From positions 1-43,361 of the forward strand of contig JBFFCW010000002.1 of assembly GCA_041559695.1 (NCBI GenBank): a stretch of 43,361 bases of DNA, written 5' to 3'. This document shows positions 1-9,651 of the stretch, in pieces. A model generated the notes under the pieces. The model did not search any database and was not told where the DNA came from. It worked only from the letters and a program-made list of their open reading frames with translations. Every line of letters starts with the position of its first letter. Position 1 is the first letter of the stretch. The position numbers and the translations under genes are program-made. Origin of the DNA: Desulfobacterales bacterium. Its GTDB lineage: Bacteria > Desulfobacterota > Desulfobacteria > Desulfobacterales > JAHEIW01.

Positions 1-870
1 GCCGGAATGACCGAGACGCCGATTATCGTTGTGGTTGCCCAGCGTCCGGGCCCCGCCACCGGGCTGCCCACCAGAACCGAACAGGGCGATTTACAATTTG
101 TCATCCATGCTTCTCACGGTGAGTTTCCCCGGGCAGTTCTGACTCCGGGCCATGCGGAGCAGGCATTTTATTTGATGGCCAAAGCCTTCAATCTGGCCGA
201 AAGCTATCAGACGCCGGTAATTGTTTTAGCAGACCAGCATCTCAATGATTCCTATTATACGTTAGACCATTTAGATCTGAATCAAATATTCATTGATCGC
301 GGCAACATTCATACAGACCATCAGATATCTTCAGTGAGAGATTACAAACGGTACGCCTGGCAGGAGACGGGCGTTTCGCCCAGAATTTTACCGGGTCGAT
401 CTAAGGCCGTTTTGTATGCCGACAGTGACGAGCACACGGAAGCGGGACATATCACGGAAAGTGCCGAGATACGAACCCGGATGGTCCGCAAACGGATGCG
501 GAAACTGGAGGGGATACGCAGCCGGATGGCGGCGCCCCATATTTTTCCATCAAAGAAAGCGGATATCGTGCTTCTGGGATGGGGATCAATTTATGGCGCG
601 ATGAAAGAAGCAGTAAATATTTTGAATCGTGAGGGCATCGCCGCTCAAATGATCCATTTCAGTGAGCTTTTTCCATTCAGCGCAGTCCCATTTTTAGCGA
701 AGATAAAGAAAAAGACAAAAATATTTGCTGTTGAAAGTAATTTTACCGGGCAATTTGCAAATTTCTTCACTGCTAAAGCAGGGCGGCCGGTTTTTCACAA
801 AATATTAAAATTCGATGGGAGGCCGTTTGCGCCCCGCGAAATCGTCATGCGGGTTAAAGAACAGATATGA
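1..870 (+). CDS. korA: 2-oxoacid:ferredoxin oxidoreductase alpha subunit, C-terminal part (gene begins upstream of the window)
   Basis: The frame is open from nt 1. The translation carries alpha-subunit-type sequence (QRPGPATGLPTRTEQGDLQF, HGEFPR). A 4-nt ATGA overlap links it to the following beta-subunit gene. Confidence 0.85.
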   Translation, partial: AGMTETPIIVVVAQRPGPATGLPTRTEQGDLQFVIHASHGEFPRAVLTPGHAEQAFYLMAKAFNLAESYQTPVIVLADQHLNDSYYTLDHLDLNQIFIDRGNIHTDHQISSVRDYKRYAWQETGVSPRILPGRSKAVLYADSDEHTEAGHITESAEIRTRMVRKRMRKLEGIRSRMAAPHIFPSKKADIVLLGWGSIYGAMKEAVNILNREGIAAQMIHFSELFPFSAVPFLAKIKKKTKIFAVESNFTGQFANFFTAKAGRPVFHKILKFDGRPFAPREIVMRVKEQI

Positions 871-1742
871 AGGAGAATAAAATGGTTTCTGCGCAAGATT
901 TTGAAAGCGATGATCCGATTGCCTGGTGTCCCGGCTGCGGAAATTTTTCGATTCTCAAAGCCCTCAAGCAGGCATTCGTTGAATTGGGTAAAGAGCCCCA
1001 TGAGATTGCCATCGTATCCGGGATCGGGCAGGCCCCGAAAACGCCACATTATCTTCGATGTAACACGTTAAACGGTCTGCACGGCAGAACACTGCCGGTG
1101 GCCACAGGAATTAAGCTGGCCAACCATGAGCTGACGGTGTTGGCCGAAGGCGGCGACGGTGACGGCTATGCGGAGGGCGGCAACCATTTTCTGCATGCCA
1201 TGCGACGAAACATCGATATTACCTACCTGGTACATAACAATCAGGTTTACGGCCTCACCAAAGGCCAAACTTCACCGACCAGTGGATTGGGTTTTATCAC
1301 CAAAACCTCCCCGACAGGTTCAACCAGCCCGCCGCTGAACCCGTTGCTGCTTGCAATTGCTTCGGATTGCAGCTTCGTGGCCCGAGGATTCGCCGGAGAG
1401 GTCGAACACCTTACCAGACTGATAAGCGCGGCAATAATGCACCGCGGTTTCGCGTTTATTGACATTCTGCAGCCCTGTGTTTCATTTAACCGGGTCAATA
1501 CGTTCAAATGGTATGCCGAGCGGATCTACCCTATCGATGATGATACTAATTTTGATCCATCGGATGCCATGACGGCATTCGCCAAAGCTCAGGAGTGGGG
1601 GGATCGAATTCCGATTGGAATCATTTACCGCAAACAGCGGCCGACGCTGGATGATCAGCAATCCGCAATTAGCGGGAAAAGCCTGATAAGACAGAAGCTC
1701 GATCCTGCTGGCTTCAGCAGCATTTTTGAAGCCTTCAAGTGA
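867..1742 (+). CDS. korB: 2-oxoacid:ferredoxin oxidoreductase beta subunit (TPP-binding)
   Basis: Motifs seen: WCPGCGNF, GGDGDGYAEG (TPP/Mg motif) and NNQVYGLTKGQ. ATG 882, preceded by AGGAG at 871-875, is a plausible alternative start. Confidence 0.9.
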   Translation: MKENKMVSAQDFESDDPIAWCPGCGNFSILKALKQAFVELGKEPHEIAIVSGIGQAPKTPHYLRCNTLNGLHGRTLPVATGIKLANHELTVLAEGGDGDGYAEGGNHFLHAMRRNIDITYLVHNNQVYGLTKGQTSPTSGLGFITKTSPTGSTSPPLNPLLLAIASDCSFVARGFAGEVEHLTRLISAAIMHRGFAFIDILQPCVSFNRVNTFKWYAERIYPIDDDTNFDPSDAMTAFAKAQEWGDRIPIGIIYRKQRPTLDDQQSAISGKSLIRQKLDPAGFSSIFEAFK

Positions 1743-1874
1743 AGATTTTTTAATTCAGGCCCTTTTCCCGCTTTCGGGTGTCAACCTAAATAATCTTGGT
1801 CGTTTTTGAAAAACCCAATCCAACATCAAATACCTGCACGATGAACACGAATTGAACAGAAAAGAATACCGCAG

Positions 1875-2912
1875 ATGAACGATTTTTTGAACGAGTTTGC
1901 CAACTTGCCGGGGCGTATTGCCGGTTTAGGTGAGCTGGCAGAAAATCTCTGGTGGGGCTGGCAGCCGGCAGCGCGCATGCTGTTCAAGACCCTGGATCGT
2001 CAGGCCTGGAAAGAAAGCGTGCACAATCCTGATAAAATGCTCAAAGAGCTGCCCCGGGAAATTTTCGATCGGGCCGTTGCCGACGAGCATTATTTGCGAA
2101 ATTATGATGTGGTGATGTCTCAGTTCAAAAAATATGTGGAAACGAAGGGATGTCCGCTTTTGCCGGATCTGCCGGATGCGGGAAATTCCCCGATTGCCTA
2201 TTTTTCAGCTGAATACGGACTGCATCGGTCGCTGCCGTTTTATGCCGGCGGATTGGGGTTTTTAGCCGGAGATCACCTCAAGGAATGCAGTGACTTGAAC
2301 ATACCTCTGGTGGCCGTGGGCTTTATGTATCCGCAAGGGTATTTGCATCAGCAGATTCGTGACGACGGCTGGCAGGAAAACATCATCGAAACGCTCGATC
2401 GGGATGCAGCACCCATTTTAAGGGTCCTGGGCGCAGATGGAAACCAGCTGATTGTCAGGGTTCCTCTGATCGACCCGGCCATCCATGTGGCGGTCTGGAA
2501 GGTGACAGTAGGACGGGTGCCCCTTTATCTCATGGACACCGATATCGAAGTGAACGACCCGTGGAATCGCGGCATATCCGCACGGCTTTACACCGGCGAC
2601 CTGGAGCAACGCCTGCGCCAGGAGATCGTCCTGGGAATCGGCGGTGCCGAAGTGCTGGAGACATTGGGGATTAAACGTTTTGTCTTGCATCTGAATGAGG
2701 GTCATGCCGCATTCGCCCTGTTGGAAAGGATCCGGGACCGGATTAACCAGGGGATGAATTATCTGGAGGCCTTGGAATGGGTGCGAAATACTTCTATTTT
2801 TACGACGCACACCCCGGTGCCTGCCGGCCATGATGTATTTCCGTTTCATTTGATGGAAAATATTTTCACGCCTACTGGCCGGCTTTGGGATTGGATCACG
2901 ATATGTTTCTGA
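1875..2912 (+). pseudogene. glgP: Alpha-glucan (glycogen/maltodextrin) phosphorylase family, N-terminal half; frame lost at A-run 2857-2860
   Basis: Family-typical sequence (YFSAEYGL, GGLGFLAGDHLK, HTPVPAGHDVFP). After ...FHLME the family sequence continues in the frame of the next ORF. Confidence 0.8.
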
Positions 2913-4003
2913 AGCTCGGGTTTCATCCGGAAAAACCGGAAGCCGGCTTTAATATGACAGCGATGGCCATGAAACTTTCCAAATATCGCAATGGGGTCAG
3001 CAAAAAGCATGGCGAAGTATCGCGCCAGGAATGGCAAGGCCTTTGGCAGGATTTGCCCGCAGAACAGATTTCGATCGATCATGTGACCAATGGCGTCCAC
3101 GTTCCGACCTGGATTGAACCTAAGATGCAGCTTCTTTTGAACAAATATCTGGGGCCCGGCTGGATGGAGGATCACGACGATCCCTTCATCTGGGAGTTGA
3201 TTGAAAAGATACCCGAGGAGGAGCTCTGGAAAACCCATTACTGGGTGAAGATCAAGCTGATTGATGCCATCCGGGAAAGATCCCGACTGCGCTGGACCCA
3301 GGACCGGGCCAATCCGTCTGTTGTGCTAGCAGGGTGGGCGCTGTTGGATCCTTCAGTCCTTACCCTCGGCTTTGCGCGCCGCTTTGCTACATACAAACGG
3401 GCGGATTTGCTTTTTTATGATTTCGAAAGACTCAAAATGCTTTTGAACGATCGCTGGCGTCCGGTTCAAATTATATTTGCGGGCAAGGCGCATCCGGCCG
3501 ACGATCCCGGGAAGCAAATTTTGCAGCGTATTTTCAATATCAGCCGTGATCCGAATACGGGAGGGCGCATCGCCTTTGTCGAAGATTACGGAGAGCAGTT
3601 GGCCCAGTATCTGGTTCATGGCGTAGACGTGTGGCTCAACACCCCGATTCCTCCAATGGAGGCCAGCGGAACCAGCGGCATGAAGGCGGCGTTAAACGGC
3701 GTGCCGCAACTGAGCATCTTGGACGGTTGGTGGCTGGAAGGCTACAATGAAAAAAACGGTTGGGCGATCGATTATCCATCAGTCGATGGCAATCGAGATC
3801 AGGCTGATGCCGCTGAAATATACCGAATTTTAGAAGAAGAAGTTATTCCCCTGTATTACGATGTCTCAGAAGAGGGCATACCTTATGGGTGGGTAAAAAT
3901 AATGAAAGAATCTACAAAGAGCAATGCCGCCAAATTTTCGGCCCGGCGAATGGTTAAGGAGTATGTAGAAAAGTTTTATAAAAAGGCATTAAAAAACATA
4001 TAG
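2885..4003 (+). pseudogene. glgP: Alpha-glucan phosphorylase family, C-terminal half (same gene as 1875..2912)
   Basis: Motifs seen: NMTAMAMKLS..NGVSKKHGEVS, FAGKAHPADDPGK and EASGTSGMKAALNG (PLP-lysine region). This frame already reads KYFHAYWPALGLD from nt 2858. Confidence 0.8.
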
Positions 4004-4285
4004 AACAAAATTTGAAATTGTCTATTATTTAAATTAAAAATGATACAATTAGAATGAATGTGCAGCCGATAATTCGATGATCCAGATAAGAAGTAAAGAT
4101 TCCGTTAACAGAAATATAGGAACTGCCAATTCTCGTTTTTTTTTGTTTAGATTTCAAGCAATTAAGTAAATTATCGTACACATCGCGATCGTTTCACACC
4201 TGGATTTATTACCAAAACCAGTCACGCCAGTTCATATCTTGATGCCCCATTGTATTTTTTTGTGTTATTCCAAAATCTTATGCTT

Positions 4286-4301
4286 TGGCACGTCAGTTGC
4301 T
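4286..4301 (+). promoter_or_regulatory. Sigma-54 (-24/-12) promoter upstream of the hsp20 cluster
   Basis: TGGCACGTCAGTTGCT matches TGGCACG-N4-TTGCW with exact GG-N10-GC spacing. It lies 60 nt upstream of ATG 4361. Confidence 0.75.
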
Positions 4302-4360
4302 ATATTCTTTATCAAGGTCTTTCTTACGCATTACGATTATAAAAAAGGGAGAATAATAAA

Positions 4361-4825
4361 ATGTTTGATTTAGTTCGATGGAGAAAACAATCAAAAGGGG
4401 ATGTTTCCCTTTTTCACCGAGAATTTGATGATTTGTTCAACCGTTTCTTCAGGCGGGATTTTAGGGTGCCCGGTGATCCTATTGGGAAAGGGCTCAGGTT
4501 TCCAACAACTGATATTTTAGAAGATAATAAGAAAATAACGTTGAAAGCCGAAATACCAGGAGTCGAAGCCAAGGATATCGATGTATCTTTAGATGGACGG
4601 CGGCTGACCATTAAAGGCGAGAAAAAGCAGGAAAAAGAGGATGAGATTGGGAATTACCATCGGATGGAAAGCGCCTACGGATATTTCAGTCGCACAATCG
4701 AACTTCCTGCTGAGGTCGATTCTGAAAAAATTGATGCTTCCTACAAAAGAGGGGTATTAAAAATCGTATTAAAGAAAACAAAAGGGTCGGAGAGTAAAAA
4801 GATTCAGGTTAGAAGCAGGAGTTAA
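4361..4825 (+). CDS. Hsp20/alpha-crystallin small heat-shock protein (1 of 3)
   Basis: Alpha-crystallin core present (PTTDILEDNKKITLKAEIPGV...GVLKIVLKK). GGGAGA ribosome-binding site upstream. Confidence 0.9.
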   Translation: MFDLVRWRKQSKGDVSLFHREFDDLFNRFFRRDFRVPGDPIGKGLRFPTTDILEDNKKITLKAEIPGVEAKDIDVSLDGRRLTIKGEKKQEKEDEIGNYHRMESAYGYFSRTIELPAEVDSEKIDASYKRGVLKIVLKKTKGSESKKIQVRSRS

Positions 4826-4895
4826 AAGCTAAATTGTTGGATGAAAATAACTCGTTTTAATTTCCTTATTTAACTTAAGAAAGGAGAGTATAATT

Positions 4896-5357
4896 ATGAT
4901 TGTCAGAAGATTTAATATACCAGCAGTTGGTTGGAGAGGTGCGTTAGAAGACCTTGAACGGGTGCGGCGTGACATGGACCAGAGGTTTCAGCATGTGCTG
5001 GGAAGAACCTATCGTCCGGAGACCGCCGGTGTATTTCCATTAATTAATTTAACCGAAAATAAAGACAATTATTATGTCAGGGCTGAATTGCCCGGGCTGA
5101 AAGCCGAAGAATTAAACATCTCAGCAACCGGCAGAAACCTGATCCTATCCGGTGAACGCAAGATCACTTCCAAGGGCGATGGCGTAAATTTCCACAGAAG
5201 AGAGCGCGAAGCCGGCAGTTTTAATCGCATCACTGCTTTGCCGGGCGACATTGATGCGGACAAAGTTGAAGCCGCACTGGTTGACGGCGTTTTAACCGTG
5301 ACGATTCCGAAAGCTGAAGCGGCAAAGCCCAAACAAATTAGGGTGAAATCAAATTGA
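4896..5357 (+). CDS. Hsp20/alpha-crystallin small heat-shock protein (2 of 3)
   Basis: PLINLTENKDNYYVRAELPGL...DGVLTVTIPK. AAAGGAGAG ribosome-binding site upstream. Confidence 0.9.
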   Translation: MIVRRFNIPAVGWRGALEDLERVRRDMDQRFQHVLGRTYRPETAGVFPLINLTENKDNYYVRAELPGLKAEELNISATGRNLILSGERKITSKGDGVNFHRREREAGSFNRITALPGDIDADKVEAALVDGVLTVTIPKAEAAKPKQIRVKSN

Positions 5358-5390
5358 ACATCCGGTTCAATTTCAAAGGAGGAAAATATT

Positions 5391-5801
5391 ATGACTGAGA
5401 CCGTACCCAAAGAACTGCAGGCCAAAGGGAAAATGGACGCAGCGCTGCCTGTGGAACATACCAAGCCGGGAATAGTCTTTACACCGGCGGTTGATATTTT
5501 TGAAACCGAAAAAGAAATTACTCTGCTTGCTGACCTGCCGGGGGTGAAGACAGAGCATCTGACCATCGACCTCAGCGACGACGTCCTAACGCTTACCGGA
5601 GAAGTCAAGCCTTTGGAAGGACCCGATGAAGAAGACATTCTGATAGAATACGAGGTCGGCAACTACTATCGGCAGTTCACGCTATCGGAGCTCATTGATC
5701 AGAATAAGATCGACGCCCAGCTCCGCGACGGAGTGTTGCGATTGACGCTGCCCAAAGTTGAGAAAGCCACCCCGCGGAAGATCACCATCAAGGCCGGATA
5801 A
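5391..5801 (+). CDS. Hsp20/alpha-crystallin small heat-shock protein (3 of 3)
   Basis: PAVDIFETEKEITLLADLPGV...DGVLRLTLPK. AAAGGAGG ribosome-binding site upstream. Confidence 0.9.
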   Translation: MTETVPKELQAKGKMDAALPVEHTKPGIVFTPAVDIFETEKEITLLADLPGVKTEHLTIDLSDDVLTLTGEVKPLEGPDEEDILIEYEVGNYYRQFTLSELIDQNKIDAQLRDGVLRLTLPKVEKATPRKITIKAG

Positions 5802-5856
5802 ACGCCTGACCTGAAGGGGACTTTCTTATCCGCTTTAGACAGTGGCTTTAAGGCGG

Positions 5857-5889
5857 CCGGGATGCGACAAAACCGTATCCCGGTTTTTT
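5857..5889 (+). terminator. Rho-independent terminator after the hsp20 cluster
   Basis: Stem ccgggat(5857-5863)/atcccgg(5877-5883) followed by TTTTTT (5884-5889). Confidence 0.7.
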
Positions 5890-5939
5890 AATCTAAGTTC
5901 AGAATATGTCTTACATGAAGAGCTGTGTGTGCAATATTG

Positions 5940-7268
5940 TCATTTCAGCTCAAATTCGTAATAAAGGCTATCTTTCGACTCTGCTTTTGTTAAGAGCTCT
6001 TTGATCAGGCTATCCTCTTCTGCCTGGGCGTAGCCAGCACTGATCCGGATGGTGAGCCCATTGCCCGTTTCGCTATCCAGCAGATCCTTAATCGTTAACT
6101 CCTTTGCGAGGCTCTTGGAGAACTTGCGGGTTTCATCTATGCCGGCATTGTGCAGAACAATGAGTATTTTGTCCAGACTGTAGCGGGCACAGGAATCAGT
6201 GATATCTAAGCGTTGTTGTATCTGAAGGGCAAGGTTTTTAAGCACAATTTGACCTGCCACGTGCCCTATTTTCTGATTAATTTCATCCAGATTTTCTACC
6301 TTGAGGATGACAACGGAAAAGATAATCCGGTGAAGTCGCAGTCGCGCCAATTCTTCCTGGAACCGCCGCTCTCCCTGTATCTGAGTGGCCAAGCCGGTAA
6401 GTGTGTCACGGGGTTTTTCAAGGCCATTTATGAACTGGCGAACCACCGGGTCCGATAAACGGCGAATCTCTTCATAGCTGCCTTCAAAGCGGATTTTTCC
6501 CTCATGCAGCATAACAATCCGCTGGGAGATAAGAAAGATGTCAGGGATCTCATGACTGATCATTACAGCTGTAAAGCCGAATTTGTCCTGGAAATCGACA
6601 AGCATGCTGAGCACCGCATTTCGGCGTATGGGGTCCAAGCCTGTGGTCGGTTCATCAAGCAGGACGACCTCCGGGTTGGTTATGAGGGCTCTTGCCAGTG
6701 CGACCCGCCGCTTCATTCCCCCTGAAATTTGGCCGGGGTACTTATCTTGAACCCCCTGTAATTCAAACAGCTGCATCTTTTCCTCCACCCGGTTTTTAAT
6801 CTCTGATTTCAACAACGATGTGCCTCCCCGCAGGGGAAATGCGATGTTCTCAAGGACAGTCATGGAGTCAAAAAGAGCTGCATCCTGAAATACATAGCTA
6901 AATTTCCCCCTTAGCTTATCTATTTCCGGAGTTTTCATTTTTGATAAGGGTCGTCCAAACAAGAAAATTTCCCCTGAGTCGGGCTGCATCAGGCCGATGA
7001 TATGCTTGAGCAGCACGCTTTTGCCAACACCACTTTTACCGATGATGACGGTCACCTCCCCCTCATAAATACACAGGCTGACTTCTTTGAGTATCTGATT
7101 TGTGCCGAGCGTTTTAGATACCTTGTCAAATTGGATTAATGGTTGTCTCATTGTGTCTGATATCGTTTGCTTTACCACAGAGACCTGAATCGATGCGTTG
7201 TGTATTTCGCTGCAAATTGCAGAAGGGCCATCTTGAATTCCTATTGATTCAACCGGAACTTTTTTCAC
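5940..7268 (-). CDS. MlaF/Ttg2A-like ABC-transporter ATPase fused to a C-terminal degenerate GGDEF-like domain
   Basis: ATPase motifs: Walker A GKSGVGKS, Q-loop VFQDAALF, signature ISGGMKRRVALARAL, Walker B VVLLDEPTTGLDP, H-loop ISHE. Residues ~288-425 follow the GGDEF fold pattern (DTLTGL..R..F, ILKVENLDEINQKIGHVAGQIVL), but GGDEF is replaced by SLDKI (nt 6165-6179). The GTG start overlaps the upstream stop (GTGA); a later Met start cannot be excluded. Confidence 0.8.
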   Translation of the reverse strand: MKKVPVESIGIQDGPSAICSEIHNASIQVSVVKQTISDTMRQPLIQFDKVSKTLGTNQILKEVSLCIYEGEVTVIIGKSGVGKSVLLKHIIGLMQPDSGEIFLFGRPLSKMKTPEIDKLRGKFSYVFQDAALFDSMTVLENIAFPLRGGTSLLKSEIKNRVEEKMQLFELQGVQDKYPGQISGGMKRRVALARALITNPEVVLLDEPTTGLDPIRRNAVLSMLVDFQDKFGFTAVMISHEIPDIFLISQRIVMLHEGKIRFEGSYEEIRRLSDPVVRQFINGLEKPRDTLTGLATQIQGERRFQEELARLRLHRIIFSVVILKVENLDEINQKIGHVAGQIVLKNLALQIQQRLDITDSCARYSLDKILIVLHNAGIDETRKFSKSLAKELTIKDLLDSETGNGLTIRISAGYAQAEEDSLIKELLTKAESKDSLYYEFELK

Positions 7269-9136
7269 GAGATCGTTACTCGTGAACGCAGGAGCTTCAG
7301 CAGATACCGTTGCGCCAGCAGATCGGAGCTGACCATACCCAGGACGGTTCCGTTTTCCACAACCGGCATCGCCGAAATTTGGTTTTGCTCCAGATCGGTT
7401 ACAATATCCAGAATACTGTCACCTGGGTTTGCCGAAATCACCTTGCGGGTCATAATCTTTGCTACACTGTCTTCGCCAACGCCCCCGGCAGCAGCTCGGG
7501 TAATGTCCCAGGGGGTGACGACGCCTGCAAGCTTGTCATCCTTTGAAAGCACGGCAATAATATTGCTCTGGGATTCGACGATCAGCGCTGCGGCTTCCGC
7601 CAGGGTGGCCTGTATGCCGAGAGTGGGTATCGGTTCCATGATGTCTTTGGCCGTGCGTTCTTTTTCTTTTTCGGTGAGACGATTCAGGCTGATGCGTTCT
7701 GCGGCCTGGCAGGGCAGCAGCTCCGAATCCGAGGCGAGCAAGTCGACCAGCTCTGTCATGTTACGTCGAATCGACTTTTCTCTAAACGCCATACCGGCTT
7801 CCAGGCGCCTGGCGGAAATCTCGTTCAATTCGGCAGCATTTTTAGAAAGCCAGTTTTCGACTGACTTGCGTTTGCCGAGTATTTTGGGGGGAATCTGAAG
7901 GTGCGCAGGCGTTGGGACAATGTGTTCCTGGGCAGCAAAAATGACTCCGCCTGAGTTGACCAAATAGTCGTTGGCAATCATCACGCCTTTTTGACGGTAG
8001 ACTTCTTGCTCCATGCGGGTGCGCGCTGCCTTGCGGTTGGGATCCGGCGAGTAGGTGTTGGCACCCTCAATAATCAGTGACCATGTTCCCATCCGGTCCA
8101 CACTCATCGAACAGGCCTCTGTCGAAAGCACCCCCAGATAATTAAACATGGGGGCTGCCGGTATAAAACAGAATGCCGACTCTCGCAGCAGGTTGTTGGC
8201 ATCCGTCGAAAATTTAGTGGAATGACGATGCCCCTGTGATGCAATCTCATTCTCATAGTATTGACGGGAAACCAAGCCCTGATGCTTTGCCAAAATCAAA
8301 AGTTTGTCGATTGATAAACCGGTCCTGTCGTAAAGGTACCCCTGGAGATCATTGACTCCGATGACGTTTGCCGCTGGAAATTTTTCGAGCAGCAGCCGGG
8401 CGGCATGCGCGCCGACCGCCCCGAAACCCTGGATAATAACGGTAAGCTCTTCAGGCGAAGGCACCTTTAATTGGCCGAACTGAGGCAGGACCGTAAGACG
8501 CGGTATTATTTCCAGCAGTCTCTCAAGGGCAATGATCAAACCACCGGCTGCGGCCCCTAATTCGTCGATGCGGTTGCCGCCCATATCGGCGGGCTTGGAT
8601 ACCGCACTGTCGATACCATTTTCTATGGAAATGGTTTTCATGTCGGCGTCATTGGTGCCGACATCCGGACCGGGCACATAGATATCCCGGTAACGCCGAA
8701 GCAGGTGTGCAAATCTCCTGACCCGCTCGGTGCGTTCCTCCGGTGGCATGTCAGGCTCGGCCACAATGCCTGATTTACCGCCGCCGTAAGGCAGGCCGGC
8801 CGCCGCGTTTTTGAGCGTCATGCCGCGGGCCAGATTGTGAATCTCAGCCGGGGTGATGTCGGGAAGCATGCGGATTCCTCCCATGGATGGGCTTCCCATG
8901 GCCAGGTTATCCACCACCAAAAAGCCCCCGACTTCTGAGGAGGAGGCCTCGTCCCACATACAGGCAACCAGTCTGGGGCCAAGGCGGTCGCGATTGATCC
9001 CGATACGGGAAAGAAGATATTCGTCAATATAGCCTAGCTCCAGATAACACCTCCCATTTTCCCGCTGGGTGCGGTTTTCAATGGCGGTTTCCGGGATATG
9101 CGCCATCAGGTATGCTTCCATATTCCTGGGTATCAT
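7265..9136 (-). CDS. Glu/Leu/Phe/Val dehydrogenase-family protein with C-terminal CBS-domain pair
   Basis: Motifs seen: GGIRMLP, KNAAAGLPYGGGKSGI (catalytic-Lys motif), PGPDVGTN, GFGAVG (Rossmann) and EGANT...NSGGV. The last ~125 aa form two CBS-like repeats (IMEPIPTL..., IMTRKVISANP...). Confidence 0.85.
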   Translation of the reverse strand: MIPRNMEAYLMAHIPETAIENRTQRENGRCYLELGYIDEYLLSRIGINRDRLGPRLVACMWDEASSSEVGGFLVVDNLAMGSPSMGGIRMLPDITPAEIHNLARGMTLKNAAAGLPYGGGKSGIVAEPDMPPEERTERVRRFAHLLRRYRDIYVPGPDVGTNDADMKTISIENGIDSAVSKPADMGGNRIDELGAAAGGLIIALERLLEIIPRLTVLPQFGQLKVPSPEELTVIIQGFGAVGAHAARLLLEKFPAANVIGVNDLQGYLYDRTGLSIDKLLILAKHQGLVSRQYYENEIASQGHRHSTKFSTDANNLLRESAFCFIPAAPMFNYLGVLSTEACSMSVDRMGTWSLIIEGANTYSPDPNRKAARTRMEQEVYRQKGVMIANDYLVNSGGVIFAAQEHIVPTPAHLQIPPKILGKRKSVENWLSKNAAELNEISARRLEAGMAFREKSIRRNMTELVDLLASDSELLPCQAAERISLNRLTEKEKERTAKDIMEPIPTLGIQATLAEAAALIVESQSNIIAVLSKDDKLAGVVTPWDITRAAAGGVGEDSVAKIMTRKVISANPGDSILDIVTDLEQNQISAMPVVENGTVLGMVSSDLLAQRYLLKLLRSRVTIS

Positions 9137-9342
9137 CGATTTACTACTCCATTTTATTTACCATTTACTATTCTGCTGTGTTTTTCAGATAATCAGTGCC
9201 AAAAAGATAAGGGGGCCGGAAAAGAGTCGTGCCTCCTGTTTGATGATCTCTTTCACGAACGCTGAGGAACGGCACCGGGCAGCGGCGAAACCCGTTTCAT
9301 TCTGAGTATGATGTTTACATACATTCATAAGTTCTCTCCCTG

Positions 9343-9651
9343 TTAGCGCAACCGGTAATCAGCCAAAGCCTTGCGATCCACATCGGAAAGCTTTTTGGTT
9401 TTTTCGATGTGACGCTTCATCAGATTAGCCTTTTCAGGCCTGACAATGGCTTCCGATTCCCCCTGCAAATATTTTATCAGCTGTTCTTCTTTGCCCTGAT
9501 CAGCTTGAGAAATCTCAGTCAGGGACGGATTTACTTTTGAGGTGATCTCTTTTTTATGGCATGAAGTACAGCCCTGGGATTTAAAAACGATTTCCCCCTC
9601 ATCCGCCCTGCCTGCATTTAGTGCCATAATTAACAGAATGCTGATGTACAA
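9343..9651 (-). CDS. Small monohaem c-type cytochrome (start uncertain, see findings)
   Basis: Single CXXCH motif (CTSCH) preceded by a hydrophobic signal-like segment. The TTG start in the track has no Shine-Dalgarno sequence. Confidence 0.7.
   Translation of the reverse strand: MYISILLIMALNAGRADEGEIVFKSQGCTSCHKKEITSKVNPSLTEISQADQGKEEQLIKYLQGESEAIVRPEKANLMKRHIEKTKKLSDVDRKALADYRLR

Noticed and set aside
9187-9201. Minus-strand TGGCACtgattatct upstream of the dehydrogenase-CBS gene
   Set aside because: The -12 position reads CT, not GC. The site also falls inside a possible small ORF.
9185-9328. 47-aa minus-strand ORF (MNVCKHHTQNETGF...LIFLALII) with a GGGAGAG Shine-Dalgarno sequence, between the cytochrome c and dehydrogenase genes
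   Set aside because: It is short and has no recognisable homology, so its reality cannot be judged without conservation or ribosome-profiling data.
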